This document shows, piece after piece, positions 13,681 through 26,970 of a stretch of 64,000 nt of DNA; within the stretch, counting starts at the first letter, position 1, and every line of letters begins with the position of its first letter. This DNA is from Lama glama (taxonomy: Eukaryota): the NCBI GenBank assembly GCA_028534125.1, contig CM052818.1, forward strand, positions 11,906,001 through 11,970,000, read 5' to 3'. Below the pieces are notes generated by a model. The model saw only the letters and a list, made by a program, of their open reading frames with translations. It ran no database searches and was not told the origin of the DNA. A program made the position numbers and the translations under genes.

Positions 13681-14229
13681 AAGTAATCACCTGTGAGCAC
13701 TCTGCATGTGTGACTGCTCCTTCTTTGTCCCTCTGCACCCCTTCCACCCCAACCCATGAGTGATGAATGTATAATGTCTAAGGTAAGAATAGAAGGGATT
13801 GGCTTTCAAGCCTTGTCAGCATAGGACCTAGCCTAGGATGTCATTTCCCATGGCCAGGGTCCCTTCCTGATAAGCCAGCTAGATGGAATGCCTAAAGCCT
13901 GTGGCCAGACTTAGGTGGCAATGATGGTTTGTCAACTAGGAGCCAACTGGTCACCCGTGAGCGCCTGCCTCCTAGATAAGAGACCAGCATGAGCCAGCCA
14001 CACCCAAGACCAAGCACGAGGGCCGTGAGGACATGTATTTGGGATCTGGGGTAGTTTACTTCTGTTTCCTGCAGCCCAGGATGGTTCTCCCAGCCAGCAT
14101 AGTTACCTCTGTGTCATCTGTGATATCCAGGTACGCTGCCAAGGACCACTGCATTCTGCTGATGACAAGGAAGCTAGCATCATCCACTCAGAACTCCCCT
14201 ACATTTATCCATTCCATAAGCATGTAGGC

Positions 14230-15560
14230 TTATCCTTACTGGCTTTCATTCCACCTCTCTATAACTTATTTTCAGTATCTCTTGATGGCCCTTTTCCTTC
14301 TGTCTAACCTTGAAATGTTTGAGCTCCTTGAGACAACCTCGTCTTTTCTCACTCAGTATCTACTGTCTAGACTCCATTCTCTGTCCATTCCAGTGGCTTC
14401 AATTACCATCTGTGTGTAAACTACTCCCATTTATATCTCTAGTCCTGCTCTCTCCTCTGTGCTTCCAACCTATGTATCTAGTGCCCATTCTGCATATCAC
14501 TTGGATATCCCACAGGCATCTCAATCTCAATATGTTCAATACTGAACCTACCATTTTCCACAACTAATCAGTTCTTTCTCTGTTCCTGAGCTTAGTAAGT
14601 AACTCAGATGTGCTTCCAGTTAAGTCATCTTACGTCATAGCCAATTAATCGTCAGGCCTTACTGATTTTATTTTCTGTGTTTAGAATTCTTCTCTTCTTC
14701 CCCTTTCTATCACCACCACTCTGGTCCAAGCATCGTTATAGCTTACCCAGGTTACTTCAATAGTCTCTCCACTGGTTTTTCCCTATCAACTCTAATGTAT
14801 GGAAAGCATGATTTAAAGATGATCCTAGGAAATCTCACTAGAGACAGCCAACAGCCCTAGTTAGAAGTTAGCAAAAGCAGTTATCCAACTAGTCTCTTAA
14901 CTGATCCCTGCCTTCACCCTTCTATTATCAACAGAACTATAGCCACTAAGATTTTATATACCATGCAATGTTATGTGTGATACTCAGAGTAATTTTTTTC
15001 CCTAAAAACTAGGTTTTAACTAAGTCTAATCATGTCAATCTCTTGCTTAAAAATCCCACAAACTCTTCCTAACACTTTTATGATAAAATATACAATTCCT
15101 TACATTGACTTTAAGGCATTCTAAGAACTATGTCTTGCCCCACACGTCATTTTAGTCCTCTCCACATTCCTACTCTTTATGCTCCAGTTTCTTGAAAGTA
15201 CCAGGCATTTTTCTACCTTGAAACTGGCACCTCAGTTCATATTGTCCTCCTCTGTTTTGCCTGAAAAACTCCCATCCATCCTTCAGTTCTCAGATTAATC
15301 ACTTTCTATGAGACTTCATATCTTATACCTCAAACTAGGTCAGACCTAGTTTATATGCCTCTTATCAACTTCTACTTCTCCTGTGTAACAGGTAATATAA
15401 TTTTTTATGCTATCTGCCCCTCCAATTAGATATAAGCTCCATCCTTGCAAGGACTGTGTTGGTCCTTATTCACTTTAGCTCTAACAGTGCCTTATACAGG
15501 TAGGTTTTCAATGAATATTTCTTAACAAAGAAATAGAGTATGGACGGAATGAATGAGGAT
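14230..15560 (+). mobile_element. L2 fragments
   Basis: Pyrimidine-rich L2 text (cttggatatcccacaggcatctcaatctcaatatgttcaatactgaac) ending in an aatgaatga tail. Confidence 0.7.
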
Positions 15561-16299
15561 GCCAGGTGCTGGGAATGCAGAAGAATCTGACAGAGCGAGA
15601 TTGCTTTGACCTTTGTCACCCCACTACCTAAAGTTAGTACTTTATCAAGTTAGTACAGTAAAGCCAATTGCCAGTATTCCCTAAGAATACGTCATACCTA
15701 ATTATATCTGACTGGCGAATGCCTATTGCTCCAACCCCTCACCCATGACTCAAGAAAGGCAAGACTAGGCCTACAAGAGATGAACTCCTCAGTAGTGGTC
15801 ACCTTCATATAGCACTCTTCCCCAGGATTGATGGCCTGGTTTCAGGTAGTAACCATTAGACCTATCTGATCTATCAAACTAACTTAGGCTTCTTAAATTC
15901 ACATTGGTCTGACTCTGATGGTTCATCCTATAGTCAGAACAGCTTCCACTTCAGCTGTATTATGGGGCAGTGTGGGGATAGATCTGGCTTTCTTGTATCA
16001 CCACAGGGCCCTAGGTCCTGCTCGGAATGGGTGTTTGCTTATGGGGTTCATTCTGTTGAATACAGTCCTCAAATATGTTTAAGGTCTCAATAATTATAAT
16101 TTATAGAAAAATGTGATCCTCACTTTTGTCATGTGTATTTCGTTGGTAAATGTGTATCATTTGTAAAGTATGACATTTGTATTGGATCATTTTCAGATTT
16201 CAAATTATGTAGCTTATTTATTCATCTTTTCATTAATAACTTTATGGCTCTAACATGACTGAAAACTGATCAAATTCAGGCAAAATCTGTATATGTAAT

Positions 16300-16990
16300 A
16301 GTTCTTTCAAGAAATAATTGCTTGAGTTTCCATTATGTTCAAGGGACTAGTCTAGATGCTGTAGCTATGACAGAAAATAAGACAGAAAAAAAATCCTTTT
16401 CCTTGGGGACTATAAACACTCTTGAGGGGAGAGACAGACAATAAGCAAAATACACAAGTTAAATTTGTAGTTGCTAGAAGATAAAAGTTTAAGGGAAAAA
16501 ATGCTTAGGGATACAGGATGTGACGGTTGTAGGCTACAATTTTAAATAGAATTGACCAAGTAGTTTTACTGAAAAGATGACATTTGGGCAAAGACCTGAA
16601 GATGGGGAGAAGGGGAGAAGCCATGTGGGAAATAAACATTCCAGGCAGCAGGAATACCAGTCCAAGACTCTGAGACAGGAGCATGCCTGATGTGTTCAAG
16701 GAAAGCAAGAAGATTAATGAGCCTGGAGCAGTGAGCAAGGAGAATAGTAGGGGATGGGATCAGAGAGGAAAATGAGTTGGCAGGAGAGATCCTATATGGC
16801 CTTATAAACCATTGTGAGGACTTTGGTTGTTACTTGATTGAAATGGGAAGCTGCTCGAGGGATTTGAGCCTTACAAGAACATGATACGATTTCCATTTAA
16901 AAAGGATCTTAAAGGTTTCTGTGTTGGTAATAGAGGGCCAAGGGTGAAAGCAGGGATCAGTTAGGAGACTAGTTGGAGGACTAGTTGTGT
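16300..16990 (-). mobile_element. L2 3' region
   Basis: gatgacatttgggcaaagacctgaaga...aacattccaggcagcaggaataccagtccaagactctgagacaggagcatgcctg. Confidence 0.8.
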
Positions 16991-19900
16991 ACACATCCTA
17001 ACTAGGCTAAAGGTTATGTATTTTAAGCTGTGTAAAGGTTATGAATTTTAAGCCTTAGTTTTCATACAGTGATGGACCTGGTGGAGATGCATTAAAAATA
17101 AAGTAGGCTCAACATAACTACTCTTCCCTTTCTAAAAGTGGTAGAGTTTCCTTGTGGAACCTGAGACATGTTAAGGGAAGTTCCTTGGCAGATAGATATA
17201 GGGTACTGCTGGGTACAAAAGTACCTAGTCGTGTTTTCAGAGTGCAGAAAGTCTCTCTGCACTTTTCTTACTCTGGGCTTCAGATAATCTGGAAACATGT
17301 GCTACTCATTCATAAATTAATTACACAGTTATTTCCTTAATTCCTAATATTGCACAACATAGCTAATGCATAATCAGTTGATTTAGGAGATAAAAAGTAA
17401 TATACATGGTCCTAGCCTTAAGGAATTTATTTATAATGTAGTTAATCTCATGAGGTAAGATTATAATGGAATAAGTATAGTTTTTATATAGAGAATAAAA
17501 CTTACTACCTAACTTATAACATACTACATATTTATGTTCTCATGTTGTCCTGTTTCCTAAAATTTTATATTTAAGTTACTATAATCAGATTGTGTTTCAA
17601 GAAATAATTTAACCAGATTTCATGCCTAATTAGTCATTATATGTAGCAACAGAAATTGACCTTCAATATAGAGATTGCTCTTGCAAAGTAAAAGACACAG
17701 CAGTTAAGGAGTGTCTGTTGCTAGTAGGTGAGATTAGAAATGCTCTTTGGGATATTTTCTTAAAGGTTAAATAAAAAACAAACAGCATCTCTACTAACAA
17801 CATGAAGCAATTTATCCTGAATTTCCAGATTTAAAACTGAAGTCCTAAAATAACTTAAAATAGTTAAAATTTGATATAAAAGTCAATTTTAATAGATGCC
17901 AAATAATGAAAATTTCTAAGCTTTGGTCAGTGGTCTATTATTATAGTGACTTGTTAATCTTAGTTTCAGAATTTGTCATGATAAAAAAATTTCATAATAA
18001 GCACCACACCATGTCATAAAAATCAATGCATGTGCCACACATATACATGTATATATTTGTATATATAAAATATATACTTATTTACATGTGAAAGATCATA
18101 GCTTAACCTGGGTCTCATGATCCCTTTCCTGATGCTTTGTCTCACTCATTTATAGACTCAGAGAACAAAGGGATCAGGAGAATGGTCGATCTTGCCCTTA
18201 ATGGAGAGTTCCCTCTGTATAACTCAGCACAAATGAGTAATCCCTCCACCATCTCTAAGTGGCCATTGAAACTATATTAAATAAAAAAAAAATTTTAACT
18301 GTTATTCTAGACCAGACTTAAATGATCTTACTTGGCACAGGTTAAAATGGACCAGTTTTTTCAATGCCAGATCATTTTCAGATTCATATGTGTTTTCGGT
18401 GGACAAGTAAGACTTGTGAGGCTCGGAATCTATGACGCAGCTTATGAGACATATAAGCCTACAGCAAACAGCATGTTATTTTGAGGGTGGTTTGAAAAAA
18501 ATAGAGTGCATCAAACCCTGCCAAAATCTTTTATGAATGGAGCAAACAAAATGGTTTTTTTTCTAAGGGAAATATTTTCTGTGACATTATAAAGCAGCAT
18601 TTGTCAAAATGAAATCCATTTGAACACAAAGTTCAGTTTGTAAGAGAACCCCATGGAAAAAATGCTAATAGTAAATTAACAGTGTTGTTATTAAAAGAAT
18701 AAAATAATTTATGGTACAAGAACTATCCCATCAACACATAGATTAATTTACACTTCCTCTTTAGTGACAATTTCAGCATTTTTTCCATATAATTTTCAAT
18801 TGTGGATGAAATTTTCTCTAAAAACATGATTATTATTACTTCTTTTCCACTATAATCTTAATTGTGTATTTCTCATGCTCCTCTGCTGAATTCCACATTA
18901 AAATAAAGCATTCTAAAAGTGTATTTTATGGCTGCTGATTCTTCTGGGTTTTAAAGTTCACTGTCTTTGGATCCTGGCAAAAATGCCTCTGCAATATGAT
19001 TTAGTTTATGTTTTTAAAAAAACAGAAATACAAAATTGAAATTCAAACTTTTACTTTTTGTATCCAGTTGAAAATATAAATGTATAAAATATCTTAAAAT
19101 ATAAAATTTAGATTTATTAGTAAAGTCTTGGATTTAACAATTCATAACCTATCCATATGAGTGAAATAAAATTAAACATTTTTAACTCTTTCTAACTCTC
19201 TTTACATTGATGGGCTTACTGGTAAAACCACCATGTCAAAGTACAAAAGAAAAGATAGAGTACTTGCTAGCATTTTTTTAGCTTGGGTAGGGAAGTGAAC
19301 AAATGCACTTGAAATAAGTGAAAACACTTTCAGGGAAACATTAACAATGGCAAATTACTATAATGCAGGGTCTTCATATGGCACAAAATTGAGGTGTGGA
19401 TTAATAGTGGATTAAAATTAAGGTGTAATTAGGGTGATTCAAAAGATACTTTTCAGAGATAAGTTTTGAATTGGCAGGTGGGGACAGTGATTTCCAGTGA
19501 GATAAGAAGGGCAAGGACATGGAAAGAATGACTATGAGGTGGGTCAAAAAAATACTAATGGTCAGAGCCAAGGAGGGATGCAAGAATGTACCACTATAGA
19601 CCCATGCCCCCTTTCATCTTTTAATCCCTTCTCTTTCAGTCCATCACTTACCACTTCTTTGCCTATTCAGTATTGACCCTCCAGTACATCACTACAACCA
19701 CTCAGTGGCCAGAACACTCAAAGGTTTAGATCCTGTTTTGTTCCATTACCCACCCTGGCACGGTTAGTTTCAGAAATCCCAGGAATAAGCTTGGTAGCCA
19801 CGCCTGCGTAGTGGTTGCTAGTGAATTGAACATGGGTGGTCAAATTTGGGTTATCTTTCTAATGTGACTCACAGTCATGTTCTCACACTGTTTCCTCTTC

Positions 19901-20319
19901 TGTCTTTTCACCATAATCTTAACAACTTTCATGTCAAACTGTTACCTCTGTTAAAAAAAAAAATTAGAAAAGTTACCAAGGTTGAAAGCATAGAATTTTC
20001 TCAGGAAGAGCAACAGTTCTCCTTTTCCCTATCCAACACCCCCTACAAGCTGTACTTCCAGTTATAACCACTAGTAAACCTCCAAATTTGGATCAATTTA
20101 GCTTTTCTGTTCTCAAATCTAAGATGTTGAAGAAAAACTCAGGCCTGCTCATGGGCTTTCAGAGCCATCTGGGCTTTCAGAACCATGTAGCAAAAATTCT
20201 ACGTCTCCTGTCTTTTGCAGTGTCCTTTCCCATTTTCCATTCTCCCCCTTCTAACTACTCTCCTCAGATCTCCTACCGCAACAGCACTCTGTTGATGAGA
20301 TCATTGACCAACTACTGAG

Positions 20320-23060
20320 CCAGAAGGTCATCCTGTCCACTTGATTATTAAGGAGCCTCTCTTTCATTATGAGCCTTCTGCTGAATATTTGCTTAAGGCA
20401 CAAACATTTCCAGGCTCTGGGATTATTTTAAGAGATTCATCCCAAACGTAAACCCATTCCATAAACTTGCTTTTCCTTTGATCTTGTTCCTTCAAAGTCC
20501 TAGAAGATTCATACCATTAGCCCCTGCCCAGGATCAACATATATCTTGACCTCAGGCCAGGTCTTCTTCCATGAGAAGAGTCTAACATGGAAACACAAGT
20601 TTTGCCTACTAAAGAGATTTCTATTCTATTCTATTTTCTATTCTCCATTGTCCTAAGAGCTAATAATCTTCCTACATCTGGTATGGAAATATTGTATGGA
20701 GCCATTCTTAAACCAAGACATTCCACTACCTCCTTTACCTAAATCAGGATGTAAAATTTACTTTTACATCATCAGTCAATTGCTTAAAGGAAACTCCCTC
20801 TGGGCTACACATGTAAGTTGAAATAAGTGTGGCAATTTGCAAGAGGCATAAGAATATAGGACCTGTTCCATCATTAAATTATTAGATACCGCAAACTTCA
20901 TGGCCATGTTGACTGAATAGTATACAGTTTATTACTGGCAGCTTGAGCCAAATGGAATCCCCCTAGTCAGTCTCCTCCAGAACTAATATTAAGTCAGAAA
21001 CTTTCCCACAAAATGTAGTTACTAAAGATGGCATGGCCTTTGTCCAAACTTGAGGATCCTTCTCTGTGTATCGTTTATCTAGAGTTAGCAAGACCATTCA
21101 GTATCTTGGCTAGAGAAAGTTCAAGTGCCATGGGAACTTCTAGATCCAAAGGACCAGTTGACAGTTACCTGCACTGAAACTCTGGACCAGGTGCTAAGTT
21201 TTCTTTCATTATGGATTCTAATTACAGATGGATAAGATGTGGATCATTTTGTTAATGGTCAGAGTAAGGCATAAAAATATGCTGCCTCTAAAGTTTAGTT
21301 ACCCGTTTTGAAAGGAGTAGCCTGGAATGTCACGCATCCTCAAACACCCAGGCCCTTTACTGTCATGTCAGAGCTCTTTATTCTTACACAATTCACAGTC
21401 ATACTTATGACTTACAAAAGCATCTGGAAGCACTTCTACTTTCTGATCTTCATACCCTGTCGCCGTGATGCCTTGTCGGCATCGGATCAAAATGGTAACG
21501 TGATCAAGGTCCCGGCAAATCAGACTAGATAAAACCAGAAAACTGATGTATCCCTGAGGCAAGACAGTAGAGATTTAGTGGTATTTATGTCAATGAAGAC
21601 AAATTTCTGGTGGTGCCTATAATCAAAATACATAAAAAGTGTTTTGACAAGATGAGCAACTGCACCATAAACGCTAATAGACTCATTAATTTGTTCTAGT
21701 AAGGAGAGAAAAACTGCCATAGCAGAGCTACAACTGGGGCCTCAACTGATTTTGTTTCCAATAATCCACTGTCACTCTCTTAAGACCTATGAGATTGCAA
21801 AAGCCAAATCCACCTATGAAATTAATCATCAAATCTACATCTTCCAGGAAAGGTTGTAGAGGTTCTGTTCATAACTTATTTTTGCAGGAAAAGAAAGTGC
21901 CAAGTGGCCTCCGCTTGGCCCTTCCTAAAATAATAGCCCTTACTTTATGGGTGTAAGTGAGAAACTGTGTAGGGTCTGGCATGGTCCTAAAATATCCACT
22001 CCCACAATTCACTCAGGATCTGAGAAAACAACCCCAAGATAGTTTTGGGAGTCCCACTTGGCCTACTGTGGAATAAACTCAGGTCAGATCTCCATTTATC
22101 ACCTGGGCTCCATAATGATCCCCCAACTCTAATCAGCTGACTACAGTGGGATTACAAGTCCCCTGAAACCAGCGATAACCTTGAGCCAACATCCAATATT
22201 TCCCCAGTTTCAGGATTTCCTTTTCCTCAGTGTACAAGTACTCAGGTTAATGACTGCCAGCCCCATTAGGAAAGACAAGGCCGGAGGATCACAGGATGCC
22301 AGTGTAGTGTTACAGCAGATCTTTCCTCATAGGTACCAGCTTCCCTGTCATCAAGTGATGCTGGGTCTGTGAACCCAAAATCCTCTAGCACGTTGGCTCC
22401 AGTGAGGCCTCTGTTCACCAGACCTAGAATAGCTTTGGTTAAATAAATCAAGACACACCTTAATTGACTGTCTGTCTATTTCATTCCTGGGGACCCCATG
22501 ATTAATTAACTACAGCCAGAGATTTCTGCTGTTGAAGTCATTCCCTGATCCCTGAGTGTAGCATCTGGCTATTAAAACAATACCCACTTTGCTTCAGACT
22601 GTTAACAGTCATCACCTGGGCCAGGCCTCAGGGGCTTCTCACATCCCCATTGAGATCAGGAATACCATTTCTATTGTAGCTCCTTCCACGAGCATTCCCA
22701 GCCCAGGGGGAAAAAAAAAAGCCAGCAAAGCACTTTTAAATATTTGGGTATTTTTATTGGCAAGGAAGAGAAGTCTTCTGGGCCCTGTCAAGATATAGGG
22801 GTGAGACACATGATCCATTTAATCTACTCTCTTATCTCCCAAAGTCTTTATGTTCTTTCCTCTATGTTGTGCCAGTGACTTTCTGGCCTTTTATTTTACC
22901 AAAAGAGACCAACAGTGGGTTCCTATTTGCTTTAGCAAACCCCCAAAACCTGTTAAAACTACAGCTAACTGCTTGAGCTACCACACTGATGCAATATGTC
23001 TTATGAATAAACCGATTGTAATGAGTTCATTTGTGTTCAGGAAAAAAATCTTAGATCTCC
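20320..23060 (-). mobile_element. Decayed ERV-L (class III) internal gag-pol region
   Basis: Minus-strand ORFs 21520-21720 (SLLEQIN...HQKFVF) and 21368-21562 (PQGYIS...RDLD) match ERV-L reverse transcriptase. LNNQVDRMT near 20330-20352 matches the end of RNase H. The YIDD motif is destroyed, with many frameshifts. Confidence 0.85.
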
Positions 23061-23109
23061 AGTAGTAGCTAAACATTAAAATAAAATAATATGAAGAATT
23101 TTTTAAAAA

Positions 23110-23235
23110 TATGGTGCTTATCACTGCTCCCGACTCCCAGACTTTTAAATCAGAATCTCTGGTTTAGACCAAGCGTCTGCGCAAAATTGCCTAAGTGATT
23201 TTGATTCACAGTGAGGTTCAAGGACCACTGCTGTA
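23110..23235. mobile_element. MER5-type relic
   Basis: cccagacttttaaatcagaatctctgg...aagtgattttgattcaca...aggaccactg. Confidence 0.6.
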
Positions 23236-23518
23236 GAAGTTATCATTCATTCCCAAGATTTCTAACACTACCTATATACACTCATATAAATTTATAAATC
23301 CTTTCCTAAGACCTGTGATTTAAGCTTTAGCCCATCCAAAACAATATTTCTCTCTTTGCCTCTCTCCCCAGTTTTCCGAGAACCTGGAGGCTTATACAAT
23401 ATAAAAGGGATTACCAAAATTAGAGCTTACCATATGCCAGGAGTTGTGCAAAGATCAAAGTAAACAAATCAACCCTGGTCCCTACCTTCTTTGTGTAGAC
23501 ATTTGATTGCCTATTACA

Positions 23519-23737
23519 AAGTTTCATAATCTCAGCTCTTTTGGCATTTTGAGGTGAATCCTTCTTTGTTGTGGGCAACTGTCTTGTGCATGGTAGGCTG
23601 TTCAGGAGCATTCTCAGCCTCTACCCACTAGATTCCAGTACTGTCCTACACCCTCCACCATGAGACAACCAAAAATGTCTCCAGATATTGCCAAATGTCA
23701 CCTATGGGTCAAAATTGCTCTTGGTTGAAAACCATTG
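23519..23737. mobile_element. MER20 DNA transposon
   Basis: ctctacccactagattccagta...gacaaccaaaaatgtctccagatattgccaaatgtc...ggttgaaaaccattg. Confidence 0.85.
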
Positions 23738-25159
23738 TGATGATCTGTACATAAAAGTTTCACAAGAACTTACATTTTAACATTTATATATTAAATCTAC
23801 TAATTTTCTTTTCGTTGTTTCTAGTCTTGGATATTCGTAACATTATCAAGACTTTACCAATTCAGAAAGCTCTCTCTCTCAGGGCCATTGCGTAAGCTTG
23901 CCTAATTGGGTCATTGAAATCAGTATTCAACCAAAATTTTAAATGCTCTCAAGTGTTATGTTTCTAAGTCTCTTTTAAAGTAGAACCAATATTTCCCCTC
24001 TTGCCTTTTCTTTCCCCATGCCTTTGTCTGGGTGAAGAAATTGGTTTTATTGTCCTATGGTATACTTGACGTTCTGGGTTTGCCTGATTGTTTACTTCTG
24101 ACCTCATTCAGCTTGGTCCTCTATCCCTGTTTGATTTGTATCAAACGTTTTTGGTCCTGTACTTCATGTTGCAGTACATCAGTTAACACAATGTATGCAT
24201 GTATGGCTTTTAGCTAAAGAGGTATCAGGTGGTGACGGCCTCATTCCACCATTGTAGAGTTGATAATTTTTGCATCAGGTGAATATCTATTTCACTATAA
24301 CTTTTCCGATAATGGTTTAAGTATCTACTGATCTCACTAAGTCAGGTATTTATTTAAGAGTTATAAATGGTCATTTTCTGGAGGCCTATTTTTGGCACAA
24401 TAATTTGAGGTGATAATTAGACATCTAAAGTGGATATATAATGTAGTAGTTAGGTATCAGCTCTGAAAGCTGGGGTGAGAAAGATAAATTTAGAAGTTAT
24501 CAGTACATGGAATGACATTTAATATCTATAGACAGGATGAGATCACTAAGGGGAGAAAGTAGATGGAAGAGGGTCCAGTATTGAGCAATAAGTCACCCCA
24601 ACCATTACAACTGGATGAAGAGAAAGAGCTAAGAAAGAGCGCTACGAGGCAGACTCTACCTCATTAATATCAGTTCTCATAGCCTTTTCCCCAGCATCTT
24701 CCCTGGACTATGATAATCACCTCTTAATGGATCTTACCTAGTTTTGCCTCTTCTAATTCATGCTCACAGAGATCTCCTGATAAGTTTTTCTAAAAGTTAA
24801 ATCCATGAGATCAGTTCCCAGATTAAAACCCTTAAATAGTTGTGCATTGTCTTTAGGATAAAACCCAAATGTCTTCTGTCATATGAGACTTTTTCTGATG
24901 TATTTCTTTCCTACCTGCTCAGCCTCACATCTTGCATATCCCCATCCCTTACCTGTAAGTACCTTATGGCAGTTTCCTCAAGCATTCTAAGCTGCTTAAT
25001 GTTTCTGTAACTTTTATTCAGCTTCTTTGTGGGATAATTTATTTCACTTGGTGAACACCTACATCATAGTTTAGGACTGAGCTAAAGTCAACTCACTTAT
25101 TAAACCTTTCTTGACTCCAGTGAGGTGGAACTGACCACCATTATTCTGCCCCTACTGTA

Positions 25160-25163
<4 letters not shown>

Positions 25164-25209
<46 letters not shown>
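25164..25209. repeat. (GT)23 microsatellite
   Basis: Perfect dinucleotide run read directly. Confidence 0.97.
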
Positions 25210-25211
<2 letters not shown>

Positions 25212-25413
25212 CTCAAAATGTGACCTTAATGCACCGTTCCACAAAATGAGTACAAATATGATAACTTATTTTATTTCCAGTTAATTACATAGAGTAGAAC
25301 TTAATTGCCATACTAGAGGACAAAAAAAAATTTCCCTCTTTGCTTCTTTCTAAAATTTTCCAAGGTTCTAGAGGCTTACATAATCCAAAGAGAATAATCA
25401 GAAGGATATTCAC

Positions 25414-25803
25414 TGTGTGATAGTCATTAGAATTGGTCCAAAAAGTCCTGGTTCTCCTTCTAAACATATAGTGGATATATATTTTTCTGCTCCCTTGGAA
25501 GAATTGTCCATGTTATTTGCTTGAACCAATGAAATGTAAGTAGAAATGACACATTTCACTCCTTGTGGGAGCCTTTAAGGCTTGGTATTTGGTTTGTCCT
25601 TCCCTTCCCTCTGTGGCAGTGGGTTGTGGAAGCATGTGTTGAGATGGAGTCTTTACAGCCTGGATCCCTGGTGTGATGAGCATCTCAACCTGTGTTGGAA
25701 TGTAGCAGGAACAAGAAATAACCTTTTTTTTCTGTATTCAGCCACTGAGATTTTGAAATTATTTTTCCACAGAATAATATAGCCAATTCAGGCTGACATA
25801 TAC
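25414..25803 (+). mobile_element. MLT1-type (ERVL-MaLR) LTR
   Basis: ccaatgaaatgtaagtagaaatgaca...agccactgagattttgaaattattt...ctgacatataca. Confidence 0.7.
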
Positions 25804-25899
25804 ACTAAGTGGGGAGAGAGTGTAGAATCCGATGATGCTAGTAAGTAAGGTGGCAACCAAGCCTGGCTGCTGAGCAGTCTTCTTGCACATCCCTACAGA

Positions 25900-26122
25900 A
25901 GAGAGTTTCTCAACCTTGGCGTGTTTGATATTTTGGTCTGAAAAAAATCTTTGTTGAAGGAGGTCATTGTATGTATTGTAGGATGGTTAGTAACATCCCT
26001 GGCTTCTACCTGCTAGATGCCAGTAGTACCCTCCACCCCAAGTTGTTTTAACAACCAAAATGTACCAAGCATTGCCAAATATCCCCTGGAGGTCAACATT
26101 GCTCCCAATGGAAAACCACTGC
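25900..26122. mobile_element. MER20 DNA transposon (second copy)
   Basis: gttttctcaaccttggc...atccctggcttctacctgctagatgccagtag...caaccaaaatgt...ggaaaaccactg. Confidence 0.85.
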
Positions 26123-26435
26123 TTTAGGCAACACATATCTGCTTTTGATGCAACTCTTTACTTAGGCTGCTATAGCTTTGAGGCAGAAATGTCACTCTGT
26201 CAGAGCTGAATTCTGCCAGTGTGCCTTTGATGGGTTCCCAGAGTCATGGCTTTTACATTTTGACTCTTCCAAAGCCACAGGGCTCAAAACACCTCCCTCT
26301 GGCAACCCCAGAAGCATAGCTGGTTCAGATGTCTGTTTCTTGTGATCTTGGATCTGCTATCCTTGGATGTCAGTGCCATCAGAGATGAGGTAGCTATCAC
26401 TTTTTGATCCTGAAAAAAAATACATAGATATAAGT

Positions 26436-26491
26436 ATGTGTGTGTATATGTATATGTATGTATGTATGTACATATATGTGTGTGTGTGTAT
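26436..26491. repeat. Mixed (TG)/(TA)/(TATG) microsatellite
   Basis: Alternating purine-pyrimidine run read directly. Confidence 0.85.
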
Positions 26492-26719
26492 AATTTATAC
26501 ATACCCTTTCCAGGACAATGGATTGAACAAGCCCCTTTTGGCCCAGCTAACCTGATGGTACTCCAGAGACACACTTCCCTTTGGGAAGGGGAACTAACTT
26601 CAGTGCCATCAGAGTAACTTGTCCTCTATGGAAATCTCTGTCACTAAAACAGTGAGAGGAAAAAAACCTTACAAGTTTAATTCTTGGTGGAACATCCTAA
26701 TGTCAACAGTTGTTATCAA

Positions 26720-26970
26720 CATTATCATTACTAATAATTGCTAACATCTATTGAGAGCTATGTGCTAAGTTGTGTTACATATATCTCATTAATCCTCACA
26801 ATAATTGTAAAGATAGATTTTTTAATTCCATACTTTATAGTTAAGGAAATAGGGGCACAAGAGGAATTATGTAACTTGCCCAAAGTTTTACTGTGCACTG
26901 GTAATTTTTAAAGTCTGGACTTCAATCTATTCTGTTTGACTGACACCTAAGACCCCTTGCTCTTAACTAC
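26720..26970 (-). mobile_element. MIR SINE
   Basis: atctcattaatcctcacaataa...ccatactttatagttaaggaaataggggcaca...gtaacttgcccaaagt. Confidence 0.8.

Noticed and set aside
21368..21720. RT-like ORFs as a domesticated retroviral gene
   Set aside because: Fragmented by frameshifts, and the catalytic YIDD is replaced by CRQG.
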